Shown here piece by piece: positions 13,044 through 23,202 of a DNA stretch of 64,000 nucleotides. Source of the stretch: Lingula anatina (taxonomy: Eukaryota; Animalia; Brachiopoda); assembly GCA_051362555.1 (NCBI GenBank), contig CM120645.1, positions 9,424,001 through 9,488,000 on the forward strand, written 5' to 3'. A model generated the notes under the pieces. It saw only the letters and a program-made list of their open reading frames with translations. It had not been told where the DNA came from and ran no database searches. Each line of letters starts with the position of its first letter. The first letter of the stretch is position 1. Both the position numbers and the translations under genes were made by a program.

Positions 13044-14412
13044 CCCCCCTGGAGACCCTGGCCGTGGCTCGGTTCCAGAAGCAACCCGCTGCAGGCGCGC
13101 CTTAGCGTAGGAGTCCGTCACACCTGTCTGCAGCACCCTATCTTTGATTTCGTTGTTGTGTGGTCATACAAGCAATTTTAATTTGCTATCAGAACGTTCT
13201 TTGAACGTTCTTTGTGCGATCTTAGCGATCATCGAGCGTTCTTTAAGCGTCCAAAGGTGACCAGGCCAGTTCCATGGTCCCACAAAGGACGCAGATGTGT
13301 AAAGGGGGTTTTACAAATGGTCGATACACGTAGAGACAGCTTAATTCCCGCTCTTGGGAAGTTCGGGTCTGCGGCTCAATCTTCAGAGACAGTTTCGAGA
13401 TATGAGGCTTAAAAAAGTCACGAAAACATGGTAGGGAAATGATCACCCTGACATTCAAAAAAGTTTATCTCCTGGTGGCAAATTAAAATTGCCGGTTTCA
13501 CCACCTAACAATGAACTCAAATGCAGGGTACTGTAGACACGCGTGATCGACTCCTACGACAAGGCGCGCCTGTAGTGAGTTGCTTCTGGAAGCGAGCCAC
13601 GGTCAGGGTCTCCAGGGGGATATAAAATGGGACTTCTCCGTGAAGATAGGCACACTGTTCCTGCGGTTAACAGATATTAACGCTGATCACATTCTTCTTC
13701 CAGGTAGGTTCTTACCCCGAGAAATAGACATTCGTATTTGTTTTACACATTCTTCTATTTCATTGACTTTATGCGTCAAGGCCTACTTTATTATATTTAT
13801 CACATTCAGGAACCGTGCCTCTGAACTGAGGCATGTCCGTTTATTTCTTTTTAATGAAATTATGCTATGAAAGGGAGAAAGAAACTTACGAAAAAAGTTA
13901 CGACAAACGTCAGTAAGTCAAAGGTTTCCTATCTGGGATTTTCTCGCCAAATCAAATTTTTCTTGGATAGGTTTTTTTCCCTCCTAATCACAAATTTTTG
14001 ATCGACCCTTGGGTTCGATGTTTTATACCTAAATTTCTAATAAAGTAATCTAGTTTTAAATGACTGGTCACTCAATTAGACCACCTTCTCATCCGGCACA
14101 TCTCAAGGGGTAATATGGACAATGGGTACTTGTATTAGAGGGATTTTTAGATCGCCTTGTCTTCCCGTGCATTTCAAAAGGACATATAGACAGTGGGTAC
14201 TTTTATTAGCGGGATTTCCTCGTTTTAATTAATTTTTCTGAATTATGAAAGATAATCGCTCAACAGGATACCTGACTGTGGACACAAAAATATTATTTCG
14301 GGACAATTTCAAACGCAGAGTCGATCTTTAAAACAACAATTCAAATATCCGTCGCAGCTTTTCTTTTAAATGTCTCATTCTTGTTTCATCTTCAGTTTCA
14401 GTCAACGTTAAG

Positions 14413-15292
14413 ATGAAGGTTCTGTGCGTTGTTGTTGTACTTTGCCTTGCCGCGACATTCGCGTCCGCCAATTCTCTTGACGAGAGAGTGGGTAAGAGAG
14501 ATTCACAAATACTGGCGTTTAACTCTTAAATTAGCTCTTTTTAGTCACGGTATTTATTAGTGTCAAACTGTAATTTTAAATAGATTTTTAATTGAATACC
14601 AGGGGCGGATCCAGAGATATTTTCTGACAGTCTTCCAAATTATCTTTGTTGATCCATCCTCCATTTTTGACCGTCTTCCGACAGAAAACATTAGATACCT
14701 GACAATATAAACTTGAAAATCTGACCGTCTTCTGGAAGACCCAGAAGACGGTCTAAATCCGCCCCTGAATACCACCCTAACGTGCCTACACTACACTCAA
14801 GGTCTTATCAACACAACTTGCTAGGTCTTACTGAGCGGATTACTAATATTTGTTGCAAAGTGTCTTGTTACTGTTGAAGACACGATCATTCAAATTCGTT
14901 CTATTCCCTTCACAAAAATTGTAGACAAAATATAGACAAAAGGAAAAGCCATTCTATTGGCAAAAAAATTAAAACCCAATTCCCCGCAACTTTGTAACTT
15001 CCCCTTTTCAGCCCGTATGCTGATGGAAGACGAAGAATTCAAGAGGAGTTTCTGGACCAAGATCTGCGACGCCATCGAGAACGTCATCAACTCTTTAATC
15101 CCTGATATCGTCAAGTTAGGCTGCGACAGCGTGAGTGAGGACTTTATCTGTGATCTGGTGGTGAAAGCCGTTGGCGGCTATTTTGGAGCGACCAAAGCAA
15201 CTTGTAAAGCTATCATTCCCGACAAGTCCATTGAAGACCTGAAAAATCAGTGCAAGATATACGGCACCTTTAACGGCGTGAATATCTGCTAG
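14413..15292 (+). CDS. Secreted 6-Cys prepro-peptide, copy C (119 aa)
   Basis: Exon 14413-14491 (MKVLCVVVVLCLAATFASANSLDERV) plus exon 15012-15292 (ARMLMEDEEFKR/SFWTKIC...GVNIC*); canonical splice sites; TATA at 13621. Confidence 0.88.
14600..14767. mobile_element. 168-bp non-autonomous DNA transposon (CAGGGGCGGA...TCCGCCCCTG) with 5-bp TSD AATAC, in intron 2 of copy C
   Basis: TIRs are visible; AATAC lies on both flanks (14595-14599, 14768-14772). It is absent from copies A and D. A near-identical copy lies at 45521-45688. Confidence 0.9.
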
Positions 15293-16258
15293 ACGGGCAA
15301 ATCCGATCAGCAAAATGTTAGCACGCTTCTACATTAAAATTTTTGCAACATTTCTTTAACTGTGTTTGAGATAGAAAACATTACGAGATGAAGAGCGAAC
15401 GAGTATACTAGCTTAACAGACCATGTTAATTTGGGTGGGCATTTTGTTCGGGCCGAGTAGCCCTTACTTGATATTTGTGAATTTTGCTCAATTTCTACCG
15501 AGCTAATAACAACAGCAGCTTATTATTAATTTTCTTGCTTTAGTCTTCATTAATTTCTGCCAATATTAATATTTTAAAAACGAGTTGCATTTTGCGTTTT
15601 TATCAGTTTAAGCCAGTCCTACCAATATTTTATCATTCCACTTAAATTGTGTTGCTTAAGCTTACTTCTAAAACAATTAATTGGAAATTTGTATAAGAAG
15701 TATTTTTCTGAGGGGGGGGGGGAGTGTCAAAAAGACAAAACATTTCATACATATAATATTTTCAAACTTATCAAGTAAAAGACTGTTTCAAGTCAAAATG
15801 AAATACTTTGGCGTACGTGGAACAATTACCGGATATTACCCCTGTCTTTCCCACGTGCTTCCACTAAGAGTTTAAATTGGGCACTTGCAATTATGAATAG
15901 TTGTAAGTTTACCGACCGCAGCTTCAAAGTACAGGCCTATTGCCGGCAGCAATTTTAAAGGAAGTGGGGTGTCTATTTTCTGAATTCTGGAGAAATAGAT
16001 TCTGTTACCCCCTCAGCTGACCTAACTTATAAAATGACATACGCCCGTATTCTATAAGGTCACTCACACTCACACTCATAGAGTGCCACTTGACACTCAA
16101 TGAGTGTCACTCAAGACTCAATGAGTGAAAGGTTTACCTCAGACTTGAACCTTCCACAGACCTCACTCACACTCATTCAAGTTATTAATTTTGAGTGATG
16201 GTTGAGTGTGTGGTACACCTCCCTCAACATTCACTCAGTTCAATGTTTGTTTACCAAA

Positions 16259-17285
16259 ATGGCGGATGTGTGGCTAAATATAATTGAAAACAATAATAGA
16301 TTACAACATGTTGGCGGTCAAGTGCGAAGAGAGTACAATTTTGACTATGAAAAGTACACTGACGAGGAGTTCAGAAGACGTTACAGACTGACCAAAGACG
16401 CCTTCCAGGAATTGTTGCGTTTGGTAACACCAATGATAGCCCCTCATAATGAAAGAGGCAATCCAATCCCTGCAGATATACAGCTGCTACTTACACTGCG
16501 TTTCTATGCCACTGGCACCTTCCAGATGGCTTGTGGAGATCTCTGTGACATTTCCCAGTCATCTGCAAGTCGTATCATCAAAAGAGTATCAGAAGGTATT
16601 GCTTCGCTTAAACCACAATTCATACGGTTTCCTGAAGGACAAGAACTTCAAAATATGAAGCTAGGATTTTGGAGGATAGCCGGTTTTCCAGGCGTTGTGG
16701 GTCTATCGACTGCACTCACATCAAAATACCATTTCCAGGTGGTGTGGATGCAGAACTGTACAGAAACCGGAAGGGCTACTTCTCTATCAACGTTCAGGCT
16801 GTATGTGGTTCCAATTTGGAGATGTTGCATATCGTGGCCCGGTGGCCTGGCAGTGTACATGATGCACGAATATTTGACAACAGTCATCTGTGTGCACAAC
16901 TTGAAAGAGGGGATATAGAAGGTATTCTGCTAGGCGATGGGGGTTACGCGTGTCGTCCATATTTGATGACTCCAATAATAAACCCACTTACAAGGCCAGA
17001 GCGTTGTTACAATGCTTCTCAGATACGTACCCGAAACACAGTTGAACGAATGTTTGGTACATTTGTTTCCCTGCCTCAGCATGTCCCTTCGCACAAAACT
17101 ACAGACCACTTTGACCATCATTATCGCCACGGCAACTCTGTATAACTTTGTAAGAGCCAGGAATGACCCCATGGATGAGCCACCTCCGCAGAATGCACCG
17201 AACCAAGTTGTAGCAGTTTCCTGTTCCAGCTAGAGGATTGGGCAATGCAGCCAGACGTACCATAATACAGCAACATTTCTCATAA
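16259..17285 (+). pseudogene. Harbinger (HARBI1-like) DDE transposase, frameshifted
   Basis: Motifs EEFRRRYRLTK, QLLLTLRFYATG, IDCTHI, NRKGYFSINVQAVC, WPGSVHDARIF, LLGDGGY, RNTVERMFG and C-terminal GNAARRTIIQQHFS*. Frame breaks near 16700, 17060 and 17220. Confidence 0.92.
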
Positions 17286-17364
17286 AAGGACAACAACAAA
17301 GTAAGTATTTGCGTGAACTATTTATTGAGTCAATACCAAATCATACAATAATGGCAGCAGTTCT

Positions 17365-18264
17365 TTAAGCATCTACTGATTCATCACGCATTTGGATTTC
17401 AGTTTTCTTCTTCTTTTCGCCCTGTTTATTCCAGTAACTTAACTCAGCATCAAGCACTTCCATTTTTCTTTTAAGTTCTTCTTCCATGTACATGTACTCC
17501 ATATTCTTCTTCAGGTACTCGAGTTCAGCACGGTGTTGTTCTTGCTGCATTGCCAAGCATCGGGATTGAGCAGGAGTGACCTGGGTTTTCCTGGGTTGCT
17601 TTCCAGTCTCATCTAGATCTGTAATAGTGACAGTTGATGGAGTGGGTTCATCATCAACATGGCTATCATGTTGAATGTCATGCTGATCGTCGCGTACAGC
17701 ATCTTGTTTATCTGTAATGAAGTATTGCAATAAAGTAACCATTTTACAGTTATACTTTGTCATAAACATTCAAATAACTTAATAGTGTGCGGAAAATATG
17801 ACAATCTATTTATACAGGCGATTACAATATCATCAATAGCAGTAATAATAAACAGCATTCTAGGTAACTACTACGAATAAATACCTTGCTCCACATTGTC
17901 ATTATCATAGGGGTTGGACAAACTGTCGATCTGTGATGGTATAATGGCTGCTACAGCAGAGGCAGTTTCATCCGCAACCCTTCTTCGACCGCCACCAGTC
18001 AGCTTTGCTTCCCTCTTTTCCTTTGCAATAGACTTCTTAGCCCTAGAATTTATATTTTCCCAGCATTTTTTTAGTTGCTTGCTGTCCCGTTTCTTCACCC
18101 CACTTTGCGAGTTGAACTCCTCTGACAAGCTTTCCCATGTATCGTTTTTCTGCTTGATCATTTTGAAGTCATTTTTTTTACATTCCAGAACGGATTTGTT
18201 TTTGTCCACTATTAAATTCAGTCAGTAGAGACTTCTCTAGCTCAGAGAAGTATTGTCTGGACAT
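17365..18264 (-). pseudogene. Harbinger Myb/SANT-like DNA-binding protein, 2 exons (18264-17885, 17711-17365), with one apparent frameshift near 18213
   Basis: MSRQYFSELEKSLL...KNKSVLECKK...KNDTWESLSEEFNS...RDSKQLKKCWENIN...TGGG is a typical Myb/SANT-like (MSANTD-type) domain. GT-AG intron; coiled-coil-like C-terminus. Confidence 0.85.
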
Positions 18265-21163
18265 GGTGACAGCAGTCAGACTGACTAAAGTGATATGCAC
18301 ACTCAATACAAGGAACTATTACTCAAGTGTCACTTAACTGAGTCACAGTTGAGTGAGCTTAGTGAAAGTGAACACATGTAACATTCAATGAGTGTGAGTA
18401 GTCACTCATTTTATTGAGATCACACTCACACTCACACTTGAGTTACTCTTCAGCCACACTTGAGTGAAACTCAGTTAAGTGTGAGTAGAGTGTGAGTGTG
18501 AGTGACCTTATAGAATACGGGCGATAGAGTCTAGATCAAATTTTGGTGCATATTAGACCTTTTCTGGCAAAAAACGCTCCTTTCAGTTGCTGTCAAGTTT
18601 TGTGAATTACCATGTTGGAACAAATAATAATAATAATAATAATAATAATTATAATAATAATAATAATAATAATAACAAATATTATTATTATTATATTCCA
18701 AAATCCGCAGAAAATGTTTAGTAGACTTTACATGGGTAAAATGAACAGAATTAGATGAATAAAGATAATAAGTAATAAATAGGCAGTTAACATGTTAAGA
18801 TATCAAAATGTGTGGTTTAATATAAATAAATATATGGACAGTTAAAATTTAAGATAGATAGCACAATGTTAAGATAACAGCCAGTGAAATCAGTTATAAA
18901 ACTTTTTTGAAAATGAAAGTTTTAAATTCTTCTTTAAAGTTGTCCTGAAACTCTATAGATAAAACGTGACTTTGGCGTTCTATCATCACAGACAATCTTC
19001 AACGACACTCACCTCAAAATACATTTGGTAAAACAAAATAAACGGCTTCCAGCTGATGGGTGTTTTACACTCCTGTTGGAGTTGGAGGGGGGGGCGGTGA
19101 ATGTGCAGGACGCCACGTGCTCAAGACGACCATCACATTGGCTCGGTTAAACAGAAGGTCTAGTGACTAAAAAAAAAATTGCTCAGGACAACACGAATGT
19201 CTTTTCTCGGTGACTAGACGTTACCGATTAAAACGGGTAACAGTTAATGCACTACACTCTTTAACTCTTTTAAAATAAATTCTCCAATCATTTCTAAATA
19301 GTTATTATTCAACAAAATCCCCATCTTTTTAAAATTTTTGAAATATTACCGAGAATATGTAAAAGGTAGGTGTTACTTAACAATCTATTGGGGTAGTTTA
19401 AAACTGTGCAAGTTAAATGGCTTTTTTGTCGTTGTTTGGTCGTCGTTCAATTTATTCTGACCCTTTATATTTTTCCATCAGTTCTAACTCGATCACCCTG
19501 GTCACCCAATTAAGAACATCTCCAGAAAACGAAACGTATAATTAGGAATAGCCTTTTTTTCAACTACAATAATGCTTTCAACTACAATAATACTGGTCTG
19601 CATGGACTGATAATAAGCCATATTATCATTGTTGTCCTTATAAGACGGATGGACAGGGGCCGAAGACGAGAAAGGCAGGCTGACAAGATATAGAATTTTT
19701 GAATCTGCAAAAAATTGCGACAAGAACTACATCTTGAAAAAAAAACCCAAAATGTTCGTTCTATAATTGCCCTCAAATATGGATCGGTTCAAGAATTTTA
19801 GGGGAAAAATACCAACTGGAGGCTGGTATGAGACCAGTAGTAGCTGTTACCCTAAGATTTCCTGTCTCTGGTGAAAAACACCTAGTGAGGCCCCGTAAGA
19901 GAGTAAAATATAATACTTTACTTGCCGAAAACAGGCCGATCGTTGAACATTCATTCTGCAACCAAACCATGCTTGTGCCTCCTTTCTGCTACCACGGCGA
20001 TGCGTGTGCGCCCTCTCTGCGTCTCTTGAGCGACCTGCATGTACTTGCAGCGTCCATCCTCCATTGCGTTCCCTGTGCGATTCTTGAGGACATGCGCATA
20101 ACTTCGCGACGATCATGGGGTCCCCTGCGATGCTTGAACGTTTTTTGTGCGATCTTAGCGATCACCGTGCGTTCTTTGAGCGTCCAACGGCGGCCTGGCC
20201 AGTTCCATGGTCCCTCAAAGAACGCAGAAAGGATCCCGCCCAGTGGAAAGGGGGGTTTACAAATGGTTGATACACGCATCAGACAGCTTAATCTCCCGTA
20301 TCCTTAAACTGACCTCACTTTTGGGACGTTCGGGTCTGCGGCTCAATCTTCAGAGATAGTTTCGAGATATGAGGCTTAAAAAGTCACGAAAAACATGAAG
20401 GGGAAACGATCACCCCGACATTCAGAAAAGTTCCTCACCTGATAGCAAATCAAATTTGCCAGTTTCGCCACCTAACAATGAACTCAAAGACAGGGTGCTG
20501 TAGACACACGCGTGATCGACTCCTACGTTAAGGCACGCCTGCTGGAGCCGAGCTACGGCCAGGGATATAAATTGGGGCTTCTCCGTGAAGATTGACACAC
20601 TGTTCCTGCGGTTAATAGATATTTGCGCTGTTCACACCCGTCTTCCAGGTAGGTAATTACGCCGATGAATAGATACAATATAGATACAATGCAGTGAAAA
20701 CGTACGAAAAAATGTGACGACGATCGTCATATAGTCAATAGATTTTTCTTCCAAATCAAATTTTCCTCGATAAATTTATCCCTCCTAACCACAAATTATT
20801 GATTAACCACATCGACTTGGCTTCTATGTTTTAAACCTAAATTTCTAATGAATTAATCTAGTTTTGAATGCCTGTCACTCAATTAGATCGCCTACTCATC
20901 AGGCACATTTCAAAAAGTAATATGGGCAATGGGTACTTTTATTAGACGGACTTTATTGCTTTAATTAATATTTCCGAAAAAGAAAATACATAGCCAAGCA
21001 GGATACATGATTGTAGACACAAAAATATAACTTTGGGATATTATCAAAATCAGAGCGTCATTATTTTAACATCAATTCAAATGTCCGTCGCAACTTTTCT
21101 TTTAAATGTTCAAAATGTTCTTTAAATATTATTGTCTCATCTTCAGTTTCAGTCAACGTTAAG

Positions 21164-21878
21164 ATGAAGGTTCTGTGCGTTGTTGTACTTTGCCTTGCCG
21201 CGACATTTGCGTCCGCCAAGACACTTGACGAGAGAGTGGGTAAGAGGGATTTACAAATACTGGCGTTTAAATCTTAGACTAGCTCTTTTTAGTCATGGTA
21301 TACATGAATTGTCAAACTGTAATTTTTAAATCGAGTTGTAATTAAATGTCACCCTATAATGTGCCTACACTACTCAAGGGATCATCAACACAGCTTGTTA
21401 TACATGAACGATCTGACTGAACGCATTGCTAGTATTCGTTTCAATTGCAACGTGCCTTGATGCTGTTGAATACACGTTTATTCAAATTCATTCGATCTCC
21501 TTTACAAAAGTTCCTTAGAAACCAATTTTGTAGACAAAATGAATCTTTCCATTACAAAAAAAAAATCGTTACGTTAAAACCTAGTTCCTTCAACTTCGTA
21601 ACTTCCCCTTTTCAGCCCGCATGTTGATGGAAGATGAAGAATTCAAGAGGAGTCTCAGGACCAAGGTCTGCGACGCCATCGAGAGCGTCATCAGCAGAGT
21701 TCTCAGCTGCGACAACGTGTCTGAAGACCGTATCTGTGGTCTGGTGGTGAACGTCGTTGGCAGCTATTTTGGAGCGACCAAAGCAGCTTGTAAACTTGCC
21801 ATTCCCAACAGCCTCATTAACACCCTGCAGGCTCAGTGCAGTAAAGTCGGCAGCTTTGAAAACGTGAACGTCTGCTAG
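21164..21878 (+). CDS. Secreted 6-Cys prepro-peptide, copy D (112 aa)
   Basis: Exon 21164-21239 (MKVLCVVVLCLAATFASAKTLDERV) plus exon 21616-21878 (ARMLMEDEEFKR/SLRTKVC...NVNVC*). It has an in-frame 6-aa deletion between Cys1 and Cys2 relative to A and C. Confidence 0.88.
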
Positions 21879-22383
21879 ACGGGTAAAGCCGACCGGCAAA
21901 ATATCAACACGCTTCTACATTAAAATTTGTGCAACATTTGCTGAACTGTGTTTGAAATGAAAGACATTACGAGTTGAAAGACGAACGAATTTTGCTAAAT
22001 TTCTGCCGAGCTAATAACAATAGCTTCTTATTAACTTTCTTTTTGTTCTCATTAATTTTTACAAATTTTAAAATACTAAAAAACGTGTTACATTTTGCTT
22101 TTTTTATAAATTAATTTTAGCCAGCCCTACCAAAACATGAATATTCCACTTACATTGTGTGGCTAAAGGTTACCTCCAAAACATTTTATTCGATTTTTAT
22201 AAAATATTTTTCTAGAGGGGAGTAGATGTCAAAAAGGCAAAACATTACATACATATAAAACATGTAGAATATTGCACTTCTATTTTTTTACAACAAACAA
22301 ACAATGTACGGAATAACCATCGGTCCTTTTATTAAAACAAATAACAGATCAACTGACGCCTTTAAAGATCAACAGAGAAGTCT

Positions 22384-23167
22384 TTAGAAAAATCTTGGCC
22401 CGAAGCCGCCACCACCGTACGAAGGTCTTGGGTTTCTTACTCCCGGTCCAGGGCGTGGTCTTGGAAGCAACCCCGGGCCCAGGAGAGGGTCAAATCTGGG
22501 CTGTGGGAGGCTGAAGACTGGCCCACTTCCTGGAACGAAAATAAGGCTTCGTTCACATGCAATGTCTATTTTCTAAATTCTATTTTCTATTCGCGCTATC
22601 TTATGATCACGGTCTGTGCACTGAATATCCCGCCGCGTAATTACTGGCAGCGCGAGCCAGTTACTTATAGTAACTTATAGTAACTGGCTCGCGCTGCCAG
22701 TAATTACGCCGCGGGATATTCAGTGCACAGACCGTGATCATAAGACATGCCGCAAATAGAAAATAGAATTTAGAAAATAGACATTGCATGTGAACGAAGC
22801 CTAACCTTCTTAATAATTTATATAAGGCCAATGTTACTATGAAAAGAAAATTGCTGGGAGGTTGATTTGTTATGTTTGTCGGAACAAGGAAATTGAAAAT
22901 GGCCATTATATTATTCACGGATATACCCTACCATCTACCTTGTATTGAGTTTGTGGACTTTGAGGGATGTACAATTGCGTATGCATAGCAAAAATGGTGC
23001 AAGCAAAAATACTCAAAAGCGCGCACACACACACACATGCTTAAACCATTTTTTCTACACTCTCTCCTAAAGCCACACCCGTGCGAAATCCCGCTCACTA
23101 TCACACACTAATCGCCATGCTTCATATTCTTCCTTCTAAAACTCGTGCACACAAAAACACACATGCA

Positions 23168-23202
<35 letters not shown>

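Larger units (their letters stand above)
16042..18523. mobile_element. PIF/Harbinger DNA transposon, full length with two convergent genes (decayed)
   Basis: 36-bp perfect TIR CGCCCGTATTCTATAAGGTCACTCACACTCACACTC; 3-bp TSD ATA (16039-16041, 18524-18526). The empty paralogous site AAAATGACATAGAACCTAGATC is at ~11247-11268. Contains a HARBI1-like DDE transposase and a Myb/SANT-like gene. Confidence 0.96.
8150..22260. repeat. Segmental duplication cluster carrying peptide gene copies A (+), B (-, truncated), C (+) and D (+)
   Basis: Promoter, non-coding exon 1, introns and 3' flanks are visibly homologous between units: 8150-8320, 12020-12200 and 19310-19430; 10500-12200 and 15293-19430 (minus the transposon); 13200-13480 and 20135-20450. 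Boundaries are approximate. Confidence 0.9.

Noticed and set aside
13191-13212. Heat-shock-element-like GAACGTTC repeats
   Set aside because: The spacing breaks the nGAAn array, and the motif sits at the inversion junction, so it is better explained as a rearrangement scar.
13629-13640. NF-kB-like GGGACTTCTCC next to the TATA box of copies B and C
   Set aside because: It is not an exact kB consensus, lies downstream of TATA, and is degenerate in copies A and D.
19828-20307. 159-aa ORF upstream of copy D
   Set aside because: No recognisable domain; the homologous segment at 13200-13330 does not preserve the frame.
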